A stretch of 60,283 nt of DNA from Nitrospirota bacterium. Its GTDB lineage: Bacteria; Nitrospirota; UBA9217. The stretch's first letter is position 1. Every line of letters begins with the position of its first letter. A model generated the notes under the pieces. The model was not told where the DNA came from. It worked only from the letters and a program-made list of their open reading frames with translations, and did not search any database. The DNA lies in the NCBI GenBank assembly GCA_029858565.1, contig JAOUEV010000014.1, positions 1-60,283 of the forward strand, read 5' to 3'. Made by a program: the position numbers and the translations under genes. Shown in pieces: positions 57,432 to 60,283 of this stretch.

Positions 57432-59873
57432 TCAGACTTTCGCGAGCACGCTCAATTCCGCTTCCTGAAAGACAATGCTCCCATCTTTCAGGGATACCGA
57501 TATCTTATGCATATCCCGGAAACGTCCTCGCAGCATCTCTTCGGATAGCGGGTCTGTTATATACTTCTGGATCGCCCGGCGAAGGGGACGAGCCCCGTAG
57601 GTGGGCTGAAAATTCTCCTGTATCAACCACTCTTTGACAGCCACGTCAACAACCACCTGGATGTTCATGTTCTGCAACAGCTGATCATTCAACTCCTTCA
57701 CCAACATATCGACGATCAGCATCAGATGGTCGTCTGCGAGCGGATGGAAAACCACGATATCGTCGATCCTGTTCAGGAACTCAGGATTGAATGATTTCTT
57801 CAGCTCCGTTATGACGTTGCCCTTCATCTTGGCGTATTGATCGGTTGTCGTGTCCTGACGGAATCCCAGCGACGTATCCTTGTCGATCATCCTGGCGCCA
57901 AGGTTCGACGTCATGATGATCACCGTGTTCTTGAAGTCAACTTTTCTCCCGACGCTGTCGGTGAGATACCCGTCATCAAGGACCTGTAAGAGCATATTGA
58001 AAATATCTGGATGCGCCTTTTCTATCTCATCGAACAGAACTACCGAGTAGGGACGCCGCCTTATTTTTTCCGTCAGCTGTCCGCCTTCGTCATAGCCCAC
58101 ATATCCCGGAGGAGATCCGACAAGTCGTGATGAACTGAACTTTTCCATGTATTCCGACATGTCGACCCGTATCAGAGCGTCCTCACTATCGAACAGGAAG
58201 GTTGCAAGGGAACGGGCAAGTTCCGTTTTCCCAACGCCGGTGGGTCCCAGAAATATAAACGACCCGATCGGTTGTTTTCGTGATTTGAGCCCTACACGAG
58301 ACCGTCGAATCGAACGGGATACGGCAACGATCGCCTCATCCTGTCCGACGATGCGTTTATGAAGTTCCTCTTCCATCCGGAGAAGGCGCGATGCCTCTTT
58401 TTCCTCAAGCTTGATGAGCGGAATTCCGGTGATATGTGAAACAATCACTGCGACATCCTCTTCCGTGATGAGCGGGACGTTCTTCTCGTTGGTATCTTTC
58501 CAGTCCTTGTGGATCGCATCCAGGCTCTCGCGGAGCTTATCCTCCTCTTCGTGAATAGCCTCCACTCGAACATAATCCTTGATCCGCGTAAACAGGCTTT
58601 TCTCCTGTTCAAGCTTTTTCAATCGCTTTTCTATGTTCTTGATCTCTGCAGGATACGTGTAGCGGGTCAGTTTGGCCTTAGCCCCGGCCTCATCGATCAC
58701 GTCAATTGCCTTGTCCGGCATGAATCGGTCCGTTATGTACCGCTCTGCGAGATTTGCCGATGCGACGACAGCTTCGTCGGATATCTTGATCTTGTGATGG
58801 GCCTCGTATTTAGGACGAAGCCCCTTGATGATGCTGATCGTTTCTTCCACGCTGGGCGGCTGCACGAATATCGGCTGGAACCGTCGCTTCAACGCACCGT
58901 CCTTTTCAATGTGCTTGCGGAACTCGTCAAGGGTGGTGGCACCGATGCACTGTATCTCCCCGCGTGCCAGCGCCGGTTTAAGCATGCTGGAAGCGTCGAT
59001 CGAGCCTTCCGCCGCACCGGCACCCACAAGCGTATGCAGTTCATCAATGAACAGGATGATGTTATCGGCCTGAGCGATCTCCTTCATGACGATCTTCAGC
59101 CGCTCTTCGAACTGCCCCCGGTACTTTGTTCCCGCGATCAGCGCCCCGAGATCGAGTGACACGACACGGCGGTTGAGCATGTTCTCGGGCACATCGGAAC
59201 CGATGATGCGCTGGGCCAAGCCTTCCACGATGGCTGTTTTTCCGATGCCGGCCTCTCCGATGATAACGGGATTGTTTTTCGTTCTCCGGGAGAGTATCTG
59301 CAGGAGCCGATCAATTTCCTTTTCCCTGCCGATGACAGGATCGAGCTTGTTGTTCTTTGCCAGCTGGGTAAGGTCTCTGCTGAACTCATCAAGGGCGGGT
59401 GTAGGACTTTTCTTTGCCGTAACCTGGGTAGCTGCACGGCGGAGGTAATTGATCACCAACTGCCGGGAACCGAGAAGGTTCACGCCGAAGCTGCGAAGGA
59501 TCTTTCCGCCGATGCCTTCTTCTTCACGGATCAATCCCAGGAGAAGATGCTCGCTGCCTATGTAATTATGTCCGAGCAATCGGGCTTCTTCGACAGCGTA
59601 CTCCAGGACCTTTTTCGCACGAGGCGTGAACGGTATATCTCCAAAGGTAAGAGTGTTCCCGCTCGAAGGGAGATTTCGCTCTACCTCCATCCGGACCTGA
59701 TCGATATCGATACCCATCTTCCTGAGGACCGAAACGGGGATGCCATCCTCCTCACGCAGTGTACCAAGAAGAATGTGCTCCGTCCCCAGATAGTCGTTCT
59801 GAAGACGCTCGGCCTCCTCACGGGCATAAACGATTACTTTTCTTCCGCGTTCGGTAAACTTCTCAAACATCAT
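57432..59873 (-). CDS. clpC: ATP-dependent Clp protease ATP-binding subunit ClpC
   Basis: MFEKFT Clp-N repeats, [36 protein letters not shown]. Confidence 0.95.
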   Translation of the reverse strand: MMFEKFTERGRKVIVYAREEAERLQNDYLGTEHILLGTLREEDGIPVSVLRKMGIDIDQVRMEVERNLPSSGNTLTFGDIPFTPRAKKVLEYAVEEARLLGHNYIGSEHLLLGLIREEEGIGGKILRSFGVNLLGSRQLVINYLRRAATQVTAKKSPTPALDEFSRDLTQLAKNNKLDPVIGREKEIDRLLQILSRRTKNNPVIIGEAGIGKTAIVEGLAQRIIGSDVPENMLNRRVVSLDLGALIAGTKYRGQFEERLKIVMKEIAQADNIILFIDELHTLVGAGAAEGSIDASSMLKPALARGEIQCIGATTLDEFRKHIEKDGALKRRFQPIFVQPPSVEETISIIKGLRPKYEAHHKIKISDEAVVASANLAERYITDRFMPDKAIDVIDEAGAKAKLTRYTYPAEIKNIEKRLKKLEQEKSLFTRIKDYVRVEAIHEEEDKLRESLDAIHKDWKDTNEKNVPLITEEDVAVIVSHITGIPLIKLEEKEASRLLRMEEELHKRIVGQDEAIVAVSRSIRRSRVGLKSRKQPIGSFIFLGPTGVGKTELARSLATFLFDSEDALIRVDMSEYMEKFSSSRLVGSPPGYVGYDEGGQLTEKIRRRPYSVVLFDEIEKAHPDIFNMLLQVLDDGYLTDSVGRKVDFKNTVIIMTSNLGARMIDKDTSLGFRQDTTTDQYAKMKGNVITELKKSFNPEFLNRIDDIVVFHPLADDHLMLIVDMLVKELNDQLLQNMNIQVVVDVAVKEWLIQENFQPTYGARPLRRAIQKYITDPLSEEMLRGRFRDMHKISVSLKDGSIVFQEAELSVLAKV

Positions 59874-60005
59874 GCAGTTGACCGCCTTTGCAGGATATAA
59901 GCCAATCTGTATCTGTTTAAAACTATACACCATTCATCTGACCAAATCAAGAGCTCCTTGTGCTTGTGCTTGACTTTGATCTGTGTTCGAGGTACTTTGG
60001 CAACC

Positions 60006-60283
60006 ATGATGCGAAAAGCCACGATAGCAGATGTAAAACCAATCCAGATCATTGTGAATCATTATGCAGATCAAGGCCAGATGCTGCCCCGCTCGCTGAA
60101 TGAACTGTATGAGAACTTGAGGGACTTCTGGATATATGAAGAACCGGCGGGTATGATAACAGGTGTCTGCGCGCTGCATATCAGCTGGGACGGCCTTGCA
60201 GAGATACGGTCGCTCGCTGTGAAGAGCGGCCATACAGGAAAAGGGATTGGGGCAGCACTCGTAAAAAACTACCTACAAAAAAC
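60006..60283 (+). CDS. GNAT N-acetyltransferase, short ArgA-like (3'-truncated)
   Basis: Read manually, absent from the ORF track: MMRKATIADVKPIQIIVNHYADQGQMLPRSLNELYENLRDF...LAEIRSLAV...GKGIG. Confidence 0.85.
   Translation, partial: MMRKATIADVKPIQIIVNHYADQGQMLPRSLNELYENLRDFWIYEEPAGMITGVCALHISWDGLAEIRSLAVKSGHTGKGIGAALVKNYLQK

Noticed and set aside
1-60283. CRISPR arrays, tRNA/rRNA genes, transposases, integrases or prophage
   Set aside because: None seen; intergenic gaps are short and all long ORFs are explained by other families.

Overview
A GC-rich bacterial chromosome segment. Its gene content (futalosine menaquinone genes, a Geobacter/Myxococcus-type pilA with an ABC export cassette, clpC, a fused YlxR-L7Ae gene) suggests Nitrospirota or a deltaproteobacteria-like lineage; this is an inference. 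From left to right it carries: a 5'-truncated glgB, mscS, hrpB and a pseudo-receiver/PilZ gene; a ~14.7-kb run of two complete, divergent, tandem hydrogenase-4-like modules whose large subunits lack the NiFe cysteines (Ehr-type complexes), behind a structured leader; envelope and housekeeping genes (NlpC/P60, DUF2147, radical SAM, PHP, TPR, mltD, queE, NFACT, cNMP, ppx, sigma54 regulator); mqnC, mqnE and an amidohydrolase; a sigma54-driven type IV pilin with an ABC/PilG-like cassette; a PBP1A / HAMP-GGDEF / lipoprotein cluster; the rimP-nusA-infB-rbfA-truB-rpsO-pnp operon; an FAD oxidoreductase with a PgaB-C-like gene; clpC; and a 3'-truncated ArgA-like GNAT. Two observations stand out. First, the membrane GGDEF next to the pilin locus has the Asp-to-Ser substitution of Hypr (3',3'-cGAMP) synthases. 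Second, module 1 of the twin Ehr complexes has lost several conserved histidines in its antiporter-like subunits. I saw no rRNA, tRNA, CRISPR array or mobile element. All calls come from reading motifs by eye; no searches were run.
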